Of a DNA stretch of 64,000 nucleotides, positions 1-10,285 are shown in pieces. The notes beneath the pieces are model-generated. The model ran no database searches. It saw only the letters and a program-made list of their open reading frames with translations, and was not told the origin of the DNA. Origin of the DNA: Mobula hypostoma (Eukaryota). Position numbers and translations under genes: made by a program. The stretch lies in assembly GCF_963921235.1 (NCBI RefSeq), contig NC_086097.1, forward strand, positions 73,968,001 to 74,032,000. The letters are read 5' to 3'. Within the stretch, counting starts at the first letter, position 1. The number at the start of each line of letters is the position of its first letter.

Positions 1-1045
1 ATATGTACATCAAGTGAAAGAGGACAACTAAGGAGAGGGTAGGGGCACTCGAACAAAAGGGGAGAACATTAGCTTGGATGCAGATGTGGTCCTTAATGAG
101 TACTTTACATCAGTATTTACCAAGGAGAAGGATGTGGAGGTCAGGGAGATCAGTCTGATGTACTGATATGCTAGGGCATTTTGGGGTAAAGGCGGAAATA
201 GTGTTGGTTCTTTTAAAGAGCATTAAAGTGGATGTCCCCAGGGCCTGATTGGGTATGCTCCTCGTTATTGAGAGGCAAGAGAAGAGGTTGCTGGGGCCTT
301 GACCAATATATTTGTGTCCTCTCTAGCCATAGGTGAGGTCCTGGAAGACTGGTAATTACCTAATTTTGTTCCATCATTCAAGAAGGGAACCGAGGATAAT
401 CCTGGAAACTATAGACCTATGAGTCTCAAATCAGTGGTAGGGAAGTAGCTGGAGAGAATTCCTGGGGATAGGATTTATGAGCAAGTCGAAAACCATGGCC
501 TAATTAGGGAGAGCCAGAGTGGTTTTGTGCGGGGCAAGATGTATATTATTAACTTGAATGAGTTTTGTGATGAGGTGACTAGGGTGATTGATGAAGGTAG
601 GAGATAAGCCTGAAGGCACACACTGAGCGATTCAGGAACAGCTTCTTCCCCTCTCTCATCCAATTCCTAAATGCACATTGAAGCTTTGGACACTACCTCA
701 CTTTTTTTGATATGCAGTATTTCTGTTTTTGCACATTAAAAAAAATATTCAATATACATTATTTATTTATTATGTATGTTTTATTTTATTTATTATTATT
801 ATTATTTTTTATTTCTCTCCTAGATTATGTGTTGCATTAAACTGCTGCTGCTAAGTTAACAAATTTCACGTCACATGCCGGTGATACTAAAACTGATTCT
901 GATTCTGATTAGAGCTGTAGACGTAGACAAGGTGTTTGACAAGGTTCCTTATGGGAGCTCATCCAGAAGATTAGGATGCATGGGATCCTTGGTGAATTAA
1001 CCATTTGGATTTAGACCTGGCTTGCCCATAGTAGGCAGAGGGTCT
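1..1045 (+). mobile_element. Degenerate CR1-clade LINE ORF2 fragment (start of RT region), interrupted at about 606-910
   Basis: Decayed coding for CR1 motifs (PLFKKG..DNPGNYRP.SL; SQSGFVRG); frameshifts; sequence resumes after the insert with '..acaaggtgtttgacaaggttcc' (KVFDKVP). Confidence 0.8.
606..910 (+). mobile_element. 3' end of a Rex1/Babar-type LINE inserted into the CR1
   Basis: 'cgattcaggaacagcttcttcccctct' (RFRNSFFPS), AT-rich 3'UTR and (CTGATT)n tail at about 894-910. Confidence 0.65.
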
Positions 1046-1424
1046 TAAATGTATTTGATGATGTAGCCTCAACTGCTTCCCTGGGCAGATAATTCCACAG
1101 TAATTGATTCACTACTCACTGTGAAGAGTAATATTCAAAGTTCAAAGTAAACTTATTATCAAAGTACATACATGTCCTCATATACAATCTGACAGAGGGT
1201 AATGTCTCAGTGGATGAGACCTCTGGCATGATCTCTTTGAATGCAGCTATGGCATTCTTTCTGATTAGCAATGTGACACCTCATTCTCTTTTACCACCTT
1301 CTCTATCGTGTCTAAAACATAAACATCCTGGAACGCTGAGCTGCCAGTTCTGTCGCTCTGATAATCATGCCTGTAATAGTCACAACATCATAGTTCCAAA
1401 CATTGATGCAGGCTGGAATACTCC

Positions 1425-1646
1425 TGTTGTGTATGTGGCCTGGCTACACAACAATGCAATTAATAAAAACGCTGGAGACGGGAGCTAAGGTTCATGGTTC
1501 TTTACTGGCAGAAACCGAACTTGGCACATATGTACAGATCAATACGCACCTAATAGCAAATGCTCAATATGCGCCTAATAACGCATTCAACGACATGTTA
1601 CTAAAACATAAAGTAGTCCCTTGTATACTGTAGGTTATACGGTATA
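1425..1646 (-). repeat. 3' LTR
   Basis: Aligns end to end with 5951-6173 (about 27 substitutions plus 1 indel by hand, ~88% identity). TG...CA termini can be reconstructed from the two copies. Confidence 0.95.
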
Positions 1647-1660
1647 CTCCTCACCTTTTA
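1647..1660 (-). other. Polypurine tract
   Basis: Minus-strand TAAAAGGTGAGGAG directly abuts the 3' LTR. Confidence 0.85.
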
Positions 1661-1829
1661 TTTTAGTAGTGGATCAACTGGAGCACTATGCTAAACAAAT
1701 ATGTTTACCCTCAACATACAAACACCTACTATTTGTTTACTTAGTAACTTAATATCAAATAAGAACAAAGTAACATAATAATATCAAATTATAACAAGCC
1801 TTTTTTTTAACTTCTGGTCTAAGACCCAC

Positions 1830-1886
1830 TTATAACTCAAGTCTCTGGGGGGGGGGTCTTCTCTGCCTCTCCGGGTAACGTCTGTC
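1830..1886 (-). pseudogene. Extreme C-terminal remnant of Gypsy pol/integrase
   Basis: Encodes DRRYPERQRRPPPQRLEL*, the RRYP.R.R.PP.RL motif typical of Gypsy pol C-termini. Confidence 0.75.
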
Positions 1887-1990
1887 AATAAACCTATTTG
1901 TTTTAATACAGATTTCCATATAAAAGTCATGAAAAGTTGACCTCTGAGGATAGGGAGTTAAGAAGATGTGTACCTCCAACTTTAAGAGTT

Positions 1991-4397
1991 CTAGGCAGCA
2001 GATCGCCTCCGTATAATGAAGCCTCCTCTGTGCAGCTGTCCTTGACATATACGCATCTTTGTGCTATCACTTGTCTTCCTTACCCATATCTCATTTGTTC
2101 CAGCTGAGCTAATTATACAGCTAATCTTCATATTCTCCTTAGATTCCAAATAGATAGCTTGACCTTTATGATACCATCTCTTATTGTAATATAATTTTCC
2201 ATCTTCTATTCGTGCTTCATATCCTTGTGCTGGTGATTCAGCAGGAGTGCTGGGAAGATGCTCAAGAGAAGACGGAGATGCTGGTCTTTTCGGAGATTTA
2301 AGCTTATTGAGAGTTCGCAAAACTTCAATTATCTGTTCATCTGTTAACAAGTAATTTAACTGTGCAGGTTTTCGTCTTTTGTCTGTAATTGGAACAGGGT
2401 CATTAGGTCTCCTCCTTAGTTTTCTAGTTATTATTGGCATTACCTCCATAGACTCTCCTGTGAGTTCCATTGTTAGCCTCTCATTCTCAATCATCTTTTT
2501 CTTTTCTTCTAACTCAATCCTTTTATCTTCAAATTCCTTCACTGCTGCTTTCATCTCTTTAATATAATTCCTTTCCATTTGTTCTGTCTCCAGTTGCAGA
2601 AAAACCTCTACATTTCATATTCTTTCCCTGTATTGTTGATCTAGTTTCTTCATCCTTTTCTGATACTCCTGCAAAGTGCCTTCCTGTAACTGTTGTAGCT
2701 GTCTTTTGAGAGATGTCAATTTCTCCTGGTACATCTGCTCTTTTACTTAGAAGTAGTTTTCATCATCCTGCTTATTGGCAATATCTGTCTCCCTTGCATC
2801 CTTTGTATCTTCATCCAAGTCACGGCCATGGATACAGGTTTCCCCTGCCATCCGAAGGTACAGCGTTCCTATGAAACAGTTCGTAAGCCGAAATGTCGTA
2901 AAGCGAAGAAGCAATTACCATTTATTTATATGGGAAAATCTTGTGAGCGTTCGCAGACCCAAAAATAACCTACCAAATCTTGCCAAATAACACATCAAAC
3001 TTAAAATAACAGTAACATACAGTAAAAGCAGGAATAATATGATAAATACACAGCCTATATAAAGTAGAAATACTTTTCCACAATCATTACTGAACTGTTC
3101 TCCGGAGCGAAAATCTCACGCGTGCCGTCGACAGAAAATCTCACGCAAGCGCTGTTGGCAAAAACATACGCTAGCGCTCTCCAGTAATCTTTAAACTATG
3201 AAGCTGCCAAATCATACTAAATAACACGTTAAAATACACAGCTGATATAAAATAGAAATAATGTATGTACAGTGTAGTATCACTTACGGGAATCGGGACA
3301 GCGCCGAGCACACTGATGATGGTGTGTTAGACTGAGTCGTCGGTGTTTGGGTGGTGCAGTGGCCCCCCCACCCTCCAGGCCGCTGAGCGATACATTGCCG
3401 TGAAGAACACAGGGGTCCAGCAGTAGCCGGGAGGTACACAGCATATCTTTAAGAAAAAAGCCGAAACAAACATGCTAATTAATTAGGTGCCGCCCATAAT
3501 TGTCGGCCCAGATCAGTGCCGATTTCCATTTGCATTCTCCGCAAATTGGTATCTGTCCGTGGCCTGGGGGTTGGGGTGGTGGGACACTGGGGTGTCATCT
3601 CGTCGCCTGCTTCCATTAGAGCAGGCAGCTCATCTTGACTGCCTGCCTCGATGTCGAAGGTCGAGGTTCGTCGTCTGCTGTGGCTGATGTGGAAGGCTTG
3701 CTTGACTGCTGAGCCTCGCGTATTTTTCTATCACACAGTTCTTTAATAAGGACTCAAACCATCCTGCAAATCTCCCCTAAACCAACGTACCCTTTCAAAA
3801 TTAAAGTCGTACTTTATCATTACTCATTCGGTTTCGATTGTTATCCTTTTTTCTTTCAATTGCATCAGCTCTTCATCTGTCAGTTCTTGGGGATGGGATG
3901 CCAAAACCTCTTCAACATCATCTTCGTCAGCTTCCACAAGCCAAACTCATGTTGTCCTTACTTCGTTCACCAGATCAAAACGCTTAATTATGTTTAGTTT
4001 TATCGTAAGTGTGACACCCTTACAAGCTCTTTCAGGCTTTTCCGATACCATAGAATTCATCCTGCAAACGGCTGCTCACAGGCCCGTGTTTAAGCAATGC
4101 TGGCGAGAATCCGGGGGAGAGCGGCTGCTCGGAGCGTGCTGCCTTTTATCACGCGCTGATTTTTTTTGTGCACTGATTTTTTATCGCGCGCTGAATTTTT
4201 TTTCGTCACAGTGAAAACACCTTCTGAAAGCGAAAATAGGGTACTAATGTAGGTCTTTTGTAACAGTGAGGTTTCGTAAAGCGAATGTTCGAAAAGCGGG
4301 GGACACCTGTATTGCGTTCATCCTCATCGCTGACGGTGTCTAGCTCCTCCTCGATGTTGTAATAGTCGGCAATGGGTGAGAGAAGAGCTGTGTGCAT
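1991..4397 (-). pseudogene. SUDS3: Processed (intronless) SUDS3/SDS3 retrocopy, split by a Tigger at 2835-4309
   Basis: With the Tigger and one TA removed it reads MHTALLSPIADYYNIEEELDTVSDEDERNIHGRDLDEDTKDARETD...[38 protein letters not shown]...[11 protein letters not shown]...[13 protein letters not shown]...IRRRSAA*, matching vertebrate SUDS3 from start to stop. In-frame stops at 2747-2749 and 2615-2617. Confidence 0.95.
2835..4309 (-). mobile_element. Internally deleted Tigger/pogo-like DNA transposon
   Basis: TA duplication (2833-2834, 4310-4311); imperfect TIRs CAGGTTTCCCCTGCCATCCGAA and (revcomp) CAGGTGTCCCCCGCTTTTCGAA; from ATG 4051 a psq-type HTH start (KGVTLTIKLNIIKRFD) joined to an acidic C-terminus (EDDVEEVLASHPQELTDEEL); DDE core absent. 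Confidence 0.9.
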
Positions 4398-4419
4398 CTT
4401 GCCCGCCGAGCAACACTCC

Positions 4420-5575
4420 TTTGTTGACACATCTAGTGCCTTGACTGTGTGCCAATCCAACTGGATTTTCCTGAGCCATTCACATCCCATTTTTCAGTAC
4501 ATTGAGGTTAAGCTGCTGTGTTTTGTCTCTGTAGGTCACTGTCTCTTTAATTTTGCCTTTGGGACGCACTTTCTGTCCTGTGTAAGTCTTTAGTAGAAGT
4601 TTAGTTCGTTTCAGAGGTATGTGTAAAAATAGTCATTTGTAGTCATGTACAGAGATCACTGTTAAAGCTGAGCCTGTGTCCAACTCCATTTTCAGTCTCA
4701 CGCCTGCCACTTGTGGAGTGATCCTTATTACTCTTCGATCATCTGTCTCTTTCACGCTGTGAAGTTGCAGACAAGACAATTCACTTTCATCTGAGTCGTT
4801 TTCATCAGAACTACTTTCTTCCATTTTGTGCACATTGTTGTGTTTTTCTTTCTGGGGTTTCTTGTTTCTCTGTATTTTGTCCTTTTTCTGCTGTTTACTA
4901 GCTTTGCATACTCTGCCAATGTGGCCCTGTTTGCCAGTTTCTGCATTCTTTGTCTTTAAACCAACAGTCCTCAGGGTCATGTGACATGTCCCCACAACGG
5001 TAACATTTCTTTCCTTCATTTCTATTCAGTGACATTTTATTTGTAGCATATTCCAGAGATTTTTGTTGTATCTCTGAAGCACCCCGTGCTGCTATTTCCC
5101 ATGATATTGCAATGATCAGCACTTTCTCAAATGTAAGGTCTCTTTCACACAGAAGCTTCTTCTGTGTGGTTTCACAGTGCATGCCACACACTAACCTGTC
5201 CCTCAATGCGTCCGACAGACCAGCTCTAAATTGACAATGTTCTGATAATTTGCGCAATTCAGCACAAATTTCAGAAATGCTTTCATTTTTGCTCTGATTC
5301 CGATTGTGAAATTTAAATCTTTCAGCAATGACCAGTGGTTTGGTGTTTAAATGCTGTTGGAGAGTGTCTACTATTTGCTTGAACTTATTGTTTTCAGGAG
5401 TTAACAAACTCTGTAGCACGCTGTATGTTTTTGCTCCCATAACACTGTGTAAGACACTGGCTTTCTTTTCATCATTAACATCATTAGCATCACAATATAA
5501 CTCCACTCTTTCAATGTAAATTGCCCAGTCTTCAATGCCACTATCAAATGCTGTAATGGTTCTAATCATCGCCAT
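4420..5575 (-). pseudogene. Gypsy gag and aspartic protease, degenerate
   Basis: Gag 4898-5575 (FDSGIEDW..YIER; LRDRLVCG; CCHC knuckle CYRCGDMSHDPEDC plus a frameshifted second knuckle KQGHIGRVC); protease LDTGSA, then LKTYTG and G.EWLRKIQLDW; stops and frameshifts. Confidence 0.9.
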
Positions 5576-5937
5576 CTTTGTTATGTTAATTTAGCCCCGT
5601 TTTCCCCTTGTTTTCTTTTTGACTCACATGTCCTTTTTGCTAGCGCCACAAGCACACTCCGTCTAGATGCATGTGTCGTTCCTTTTTATCTCCCTTCTGG
5701 GCAGGCAGACCCTCAGCCCCTGGGGGTCAGCACTGGCTGTGGTCTCTCCTGGATGTGCTGCGGTTGTGTCTCTTGGTCTCCTGATGTTCCCAACTCCGGC
5801 TGTGCTCCTGCTTCCTTTCGGACTCGTGGCCTTGCTCTGACTCCTTCTCCCGCTCCTCGGCTTGTTCCTTGCGCTCTTCCTCCGAGTGTCGTTATCAACT
5901 AAAACCCAGCGTTCCGATAAGCTGTAGGTTCATTAAT

Positions 5938-5947
5938 CTCGTCGCCA
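5938..5947 (-). promoter_or_regulatory. Primer-binding site, tRNA-Ser(GCU)-type
   Basis: Minus-strand TGGCGACGAG lies 3 nt inside the 5' LTR. It is complementary to a tRNA 3' end ...CUCGUCGCCA. Confidence 0.8.
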
Positions 5948-5950
5948 ATT

Positions 5951-6173
5951 TATTGTGTATGTAGCCTGGCTCCACACCAATGCAATTAATAAAAGTGCTG
6001 GAGACGGGAGCTAAGGTTCATGGTTCTTTACTTTCAGAAACCAGAATCGGCACACACGTACAGATCAATACACACCTAATAGCGCATGCTCAATATGCAC
6101 TTAATAGCGCATTCAATGACGTGTTACTAAAACATAAATTAGTCCCTTATTATACTGTAGGCTAAACGGTACA
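5951..6173 (-). repeat. 5' LTR
   Basis: Direct repeat of 1425-1646; followed by the TSD ACTCC. Confidence 0.95.
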
Positions 6174-9100
6174 ACTCCTTACATTAAAATAAACACACTT
6201 CATAATAAGGGGACGAAAACTGTACATTGTATTCCAGCTGTGGTCCTACCAACATCCTGTGCAAATGAAACAAAATATCAATAATACACCGTGTGCAGGA
6301 AAATATTAGGTCCATTTTAACAAAAGATCGTAACAGGGTACCTGGAACATGGCCATATGATCAGATAAAGTCAACACAGTTTTATGTCAGGAAATGCAGT
6401 AAAGCATTAGATTCTGATAACTCAATAGATATTTTAAGGATTCTACTTTGTGGTAAATAAGCAGGGTAGCAGTGAAAATAGCTACCTATCTATATAGATT
6501 TTCAAAAGGTATGTGGCAAAATTTTAAATAAATGTTGACGAAGGTTCTGAGGTTGAGTTCATATTTTTGCATGGGTAGAGAAATGATTGAAAGACTAAAA
6601 CAAAACATTACAAGGATTATTTTCAGGTTGGTAGACTAACAAAATGTCATTGGGTTTAGTCTGGGACCTCAGGTACACACAACTGAAATTCATATCACAT
6701 TCAGGTTTTCTGCTGATCCAAAGTCAGGTGGTAAAGTGAGCTGCATGTAGGATGCAAACAATTTGTAAATATGTCAAGCAAGTAGATGAGAGATGTGAGT
6801 ATAATGTGAGAAAATATGAAGCTGGGCATTTGATAGAAAGAATAAATTATTAGTGTATTTTTAAATGGCAAGAAATGCTAAATGTTGGTGTAAATGGAGA
6901 AATTGCAGCAACCACTCATAACACTGACTCTGAGAAGGCATCTAAGGCAGGTTTACATTTGTGATCCTACTGGAAGCAGCACATCAATGTTTCCATTTCT
7001 ACATTCTATTGCTGAAGGACAATGCTTGGATTTTTAGTACAGTGAGCTGCAGGACTGATTTGAAAATATAAACATAGTGGCTCTAATTTTATATCAATCA
7101 TAGAAACTACTCAACCGTGAAGCAAACCTTGAAGTGCATTTATGACCAGTTACAGAAAATAATTGGCATACAATAAACCCAAGAGAAATTCCATACATGA
7201 GGCTGAAACTAATTGGGGAAGTACACAGATTCTTAATTGCCCTTTCAATTAATACAGAAAATTAGCCTGCATAGAAAGGCAACAATTAAAGATTTTTGAT
7301 AGCTTGGGTTTATAGTTGTAATGTAAATCATACTTCATAAATTTGAAACTAAGTCACATTTACATCTTTCTATACCATTCTCATGCCAGTCTGAACATCA
7401 GAAACATGTCTCTTTGATTTTATGGTATGTTCAGATGATAGGGTGGTGTAAACATTCGGTAAGATTAATTCTATTCAGCTCGTTTTTTACTAAGTACCAC
7501 TCCAGAATGCAGAAAACTCTGCAAACTGAAGGTTCATCCTAGATATATAAGGTTTCCATTCTTGACAACCATCCATAAGCTTCATTTCTTTGACTTTCTG
7601 TAGCTACCAAAATCATTTTGCTCCAAATACACTTGCTACAATTCTTCCGTTCCATTTAATAATCATCCAAGTGCTACCATAATTAATCTATGAATACCAT
7701 GAAACATTTTCTTATTATTGTAATTATTATCAGCCTGAAAACTGCTTTAAACATCTATGGGAGAATTTGTGTGAAGTCAGGACATTTGTAACTAAGGAAG
7801 TCCCTGTGGGCAGCTCAGAACCTCCTCTTTGAAGAGAATTAAGCTCAAAAACAAGGGAATTTGCAATTCTTACCTGTTCTAGCCTGCATGCAACTCCATG
7901 TCCACCTGTCCTAACCTGCTTTCTCAGTACAGGGACAATAATGTGCAGAAAATAAATGCTTATACGGCTGGTCAGAAAAATCAAACAAAAACACACAACA
8001 TACATCTTCAACAACTCAAATATTTTTATGAACAATTTTTTTCACTGCAAGACTTTTTAATGCATTTTCTGATTCAGATTAACTAGGATGGGTGACATTT
8101 CAACCGAGAAACTTTGATCCTAGTTGCACCCTGGTAACTATCCGGTGTGTACAATTAATTATGCGTGCTAACAAAATATTGTAAAGATATTTTTATCGTC
8201 TGGATGTATGTAGCATTGGGACATAGACCTCTATTCCAAAGACCATCTTCAGTCCCAAAATATGGTCAAAATCAATAATCTTTTAGAAGTGAATTAGGAT
8301 CAAATTATTAGCAACATTTTTTAAAGGTTCAATCATCTTCTGGGGTGAGTGAAGTTTTGCATAAATGCAAATAAGGCACTCTTCATTTCTATGGAAGATT
8401 TTTCATTTTGTCTAACCAAATTATTGAAAATTAACAAGCTGAATTACAGAACATGGGGAGGTATTATTTCAAAAATACAGTAGGGATGCATAATTGGCAT
8501 TTTTTATCCGGTCCACTGCAACTTTAATTATCTAGAAGAGTTAGGCCACTTGTAAAATTCAAAAGTATGAATTAATAAAGGTAGATAAGCTTTAACTATT
8601 CTATACCTATTTGATGACTGCAAAATTGCAAATAAGTAATGTTATCTGATCACATAAATGGCTTTGGAAGAAATTACATTCCACTTTCAGTGTCATGTAA
8701 ATGTGTTTAGGTCCCCAGTTGTGTTGCTGCATTCAGTTTCCAGGCAACTTTCTGGCAGTGATGACAGTGGCATTAATCACCAAGCTGTGTATTGCAGAAG
8801 GATTAGAATTGATTACATTTGTTTGAGATTTATTGATTTTGAAAAGTATTGTTAATTGGGTAATAATGATTGAGTCTTCAAAGTGCAAGTGCATTCTAAT
8901 TAGCTGAAAGGTCAATTATCAACTAACTTTATGTTTTAGTGCAATGGAAAATGCCTGATTCAACTATGCTTTTAATAATTATAGAATATCATAAAGTACT
9001 CAGCTTCAAAAGGTGAACCTACATCAATTCTCACATTGCAGCGAAGTAGTTTGCAGCTTGCAGCTTGCAAAATGATTGTAATGTAATATAATAGTGAAAG

Positions 9101-9784
9101 TCGCAATCGTCAGCATCTGGAGATTTCACATTCAAACTAACTATAGTGCAAACTTAAGATTATCAACATACTGGTCAAGGTTGCAGGTGGGGACTCATAC
9201 AGTACATCATAAAACTAATTCACGATTTGGAATAATGCAAAATCAGCAGTCTTGTTTTTATTGCTGGTGTACTTCAACGGTCAAGTAACCTCAATCATCA
9301 GCCAATAACTTTTCAAGTATATGGTACAAATAAGCAATAGCATAAATTTGGTTGCTAAATGCAATCAGCACAACTGAGTGCAACTAATGCAAAATATAAC
9401 ATTTTCTTCCTTTTACGTGATGTGCCTTCACAAGAAGGCCCCTGGGGTGACATCAGTCACGGGCTTGGTATTGTAGCTGTAATGTGAAATCATGCAATTG
9501 CAATTGTGATGAAGAAACAGTATGTGCTCCGGCCAGGACAGTAGGCCTTACAAAACGGGATGACGACCCACACAGATGTTGATTAAGGGGACAGTCCCTA
9601 CTCTGCCATTGTGGAGGTGATTGTCAGTAGTGATTCTTTTTCTCTGCAATTTACAACTAACACCCCTTCAATTTCCTGTTGTGTAAGTGGGGTGTGGGAG
9701 GTGTTTTCCAACTACTCCATACCTTGCCAAGTCCCCTCTGCTGCCATATCACTAAGCTCAAAAGAGTGCAAAGAAAACTTAGAA

Positions 9785-10285
9785 GGATGTTTCTGGGACT
9801 TGAGGACCTGAGTTGTAGGGGTTAAATAGGTTAGGACTTTATTCCCTGGAGCATGGGAAAGCGAGGGGAGATCTCTTAGAGGTATAACAAAATCATAAGG
9901 GGTATAGATGGGGTGAATGGATGCAGATTTTTCCCTTCATGTTGGTGAGACGAGAACTAGAGGTCATAGGTGAATGGTGAAATATTTAAGGGGAATCTAA
10001 AGGGCAACTTACTTCACTCAGAGGTGGTATCACAGCGGAATGAGCTGCCAGCAGAAGTTGGAGATGCGGGTTCAATTGCAATATTTACAAATAACAACAT
10101 ACGTTGCAAAATAACATATTTCATGACCTGTGCCAGTGATATTAACCTGATTCTGAATAGGTTGGATAGTTACATGGTTGAGGGTGGTCTGCAAGGCTAT
10201 GGTATGGGTGCAGATAGACAGGACTAGGCAGAAGCCCAGGCCAGCATGGACTAGATAGGCAGCAAGACCTGTTTCTGTGCTCTGT
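9785..10285 (+). mobile_element. CR1 LINE 3' fragment (with a short Rex-type tail inside)
   Basis: 'gggagatctcttagaggtata', 'agaactagaggtcatag', and a terminal 'cctgtttctgtgctctgt', similar to other CR1 3' ends in this window. Confidence 0.65.

Larger units (their letters stand above)
1425..6173 (-). mobile_element. Non-autonomous Ty3/Gypsy (Mag-like) LTR retrotransposon carrying a captured SUDS3 cDNA
   Basis: Two ~222-bp direct repeats (1425-1646, 5951-6173); TSD ACTCC at 1420-1424 and 6174-6178; PBS and PPT in the expected positions; gag and protease remnants; integrase C-terminal tail. Confidence 0.95.

Noticed and set aside
1403..1633. Similar short ORFs at 1403-1633 and 5980-6165 as duplicated small genes
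   Set aside because: They are incidental translations of the two LTRs.
1991..2578. 195-aa SUDS3 ORF as a functional gene
   Set aside because: It is the open tail of a retrocopy with upstream in-frame stops, deletions and a transposon insertion; its ATG is internal.
7874..7915. Possible next DPH6 exon (VRTGGHGVACRLEQ, phase 0/0, GTAAGA donor)
   Set aside because: The acceptor lacks a polypyrimidine tract and the peptide does not resemble the expected Rid continuation (V..LP....VEW). The next exon is probably beyond the window start.
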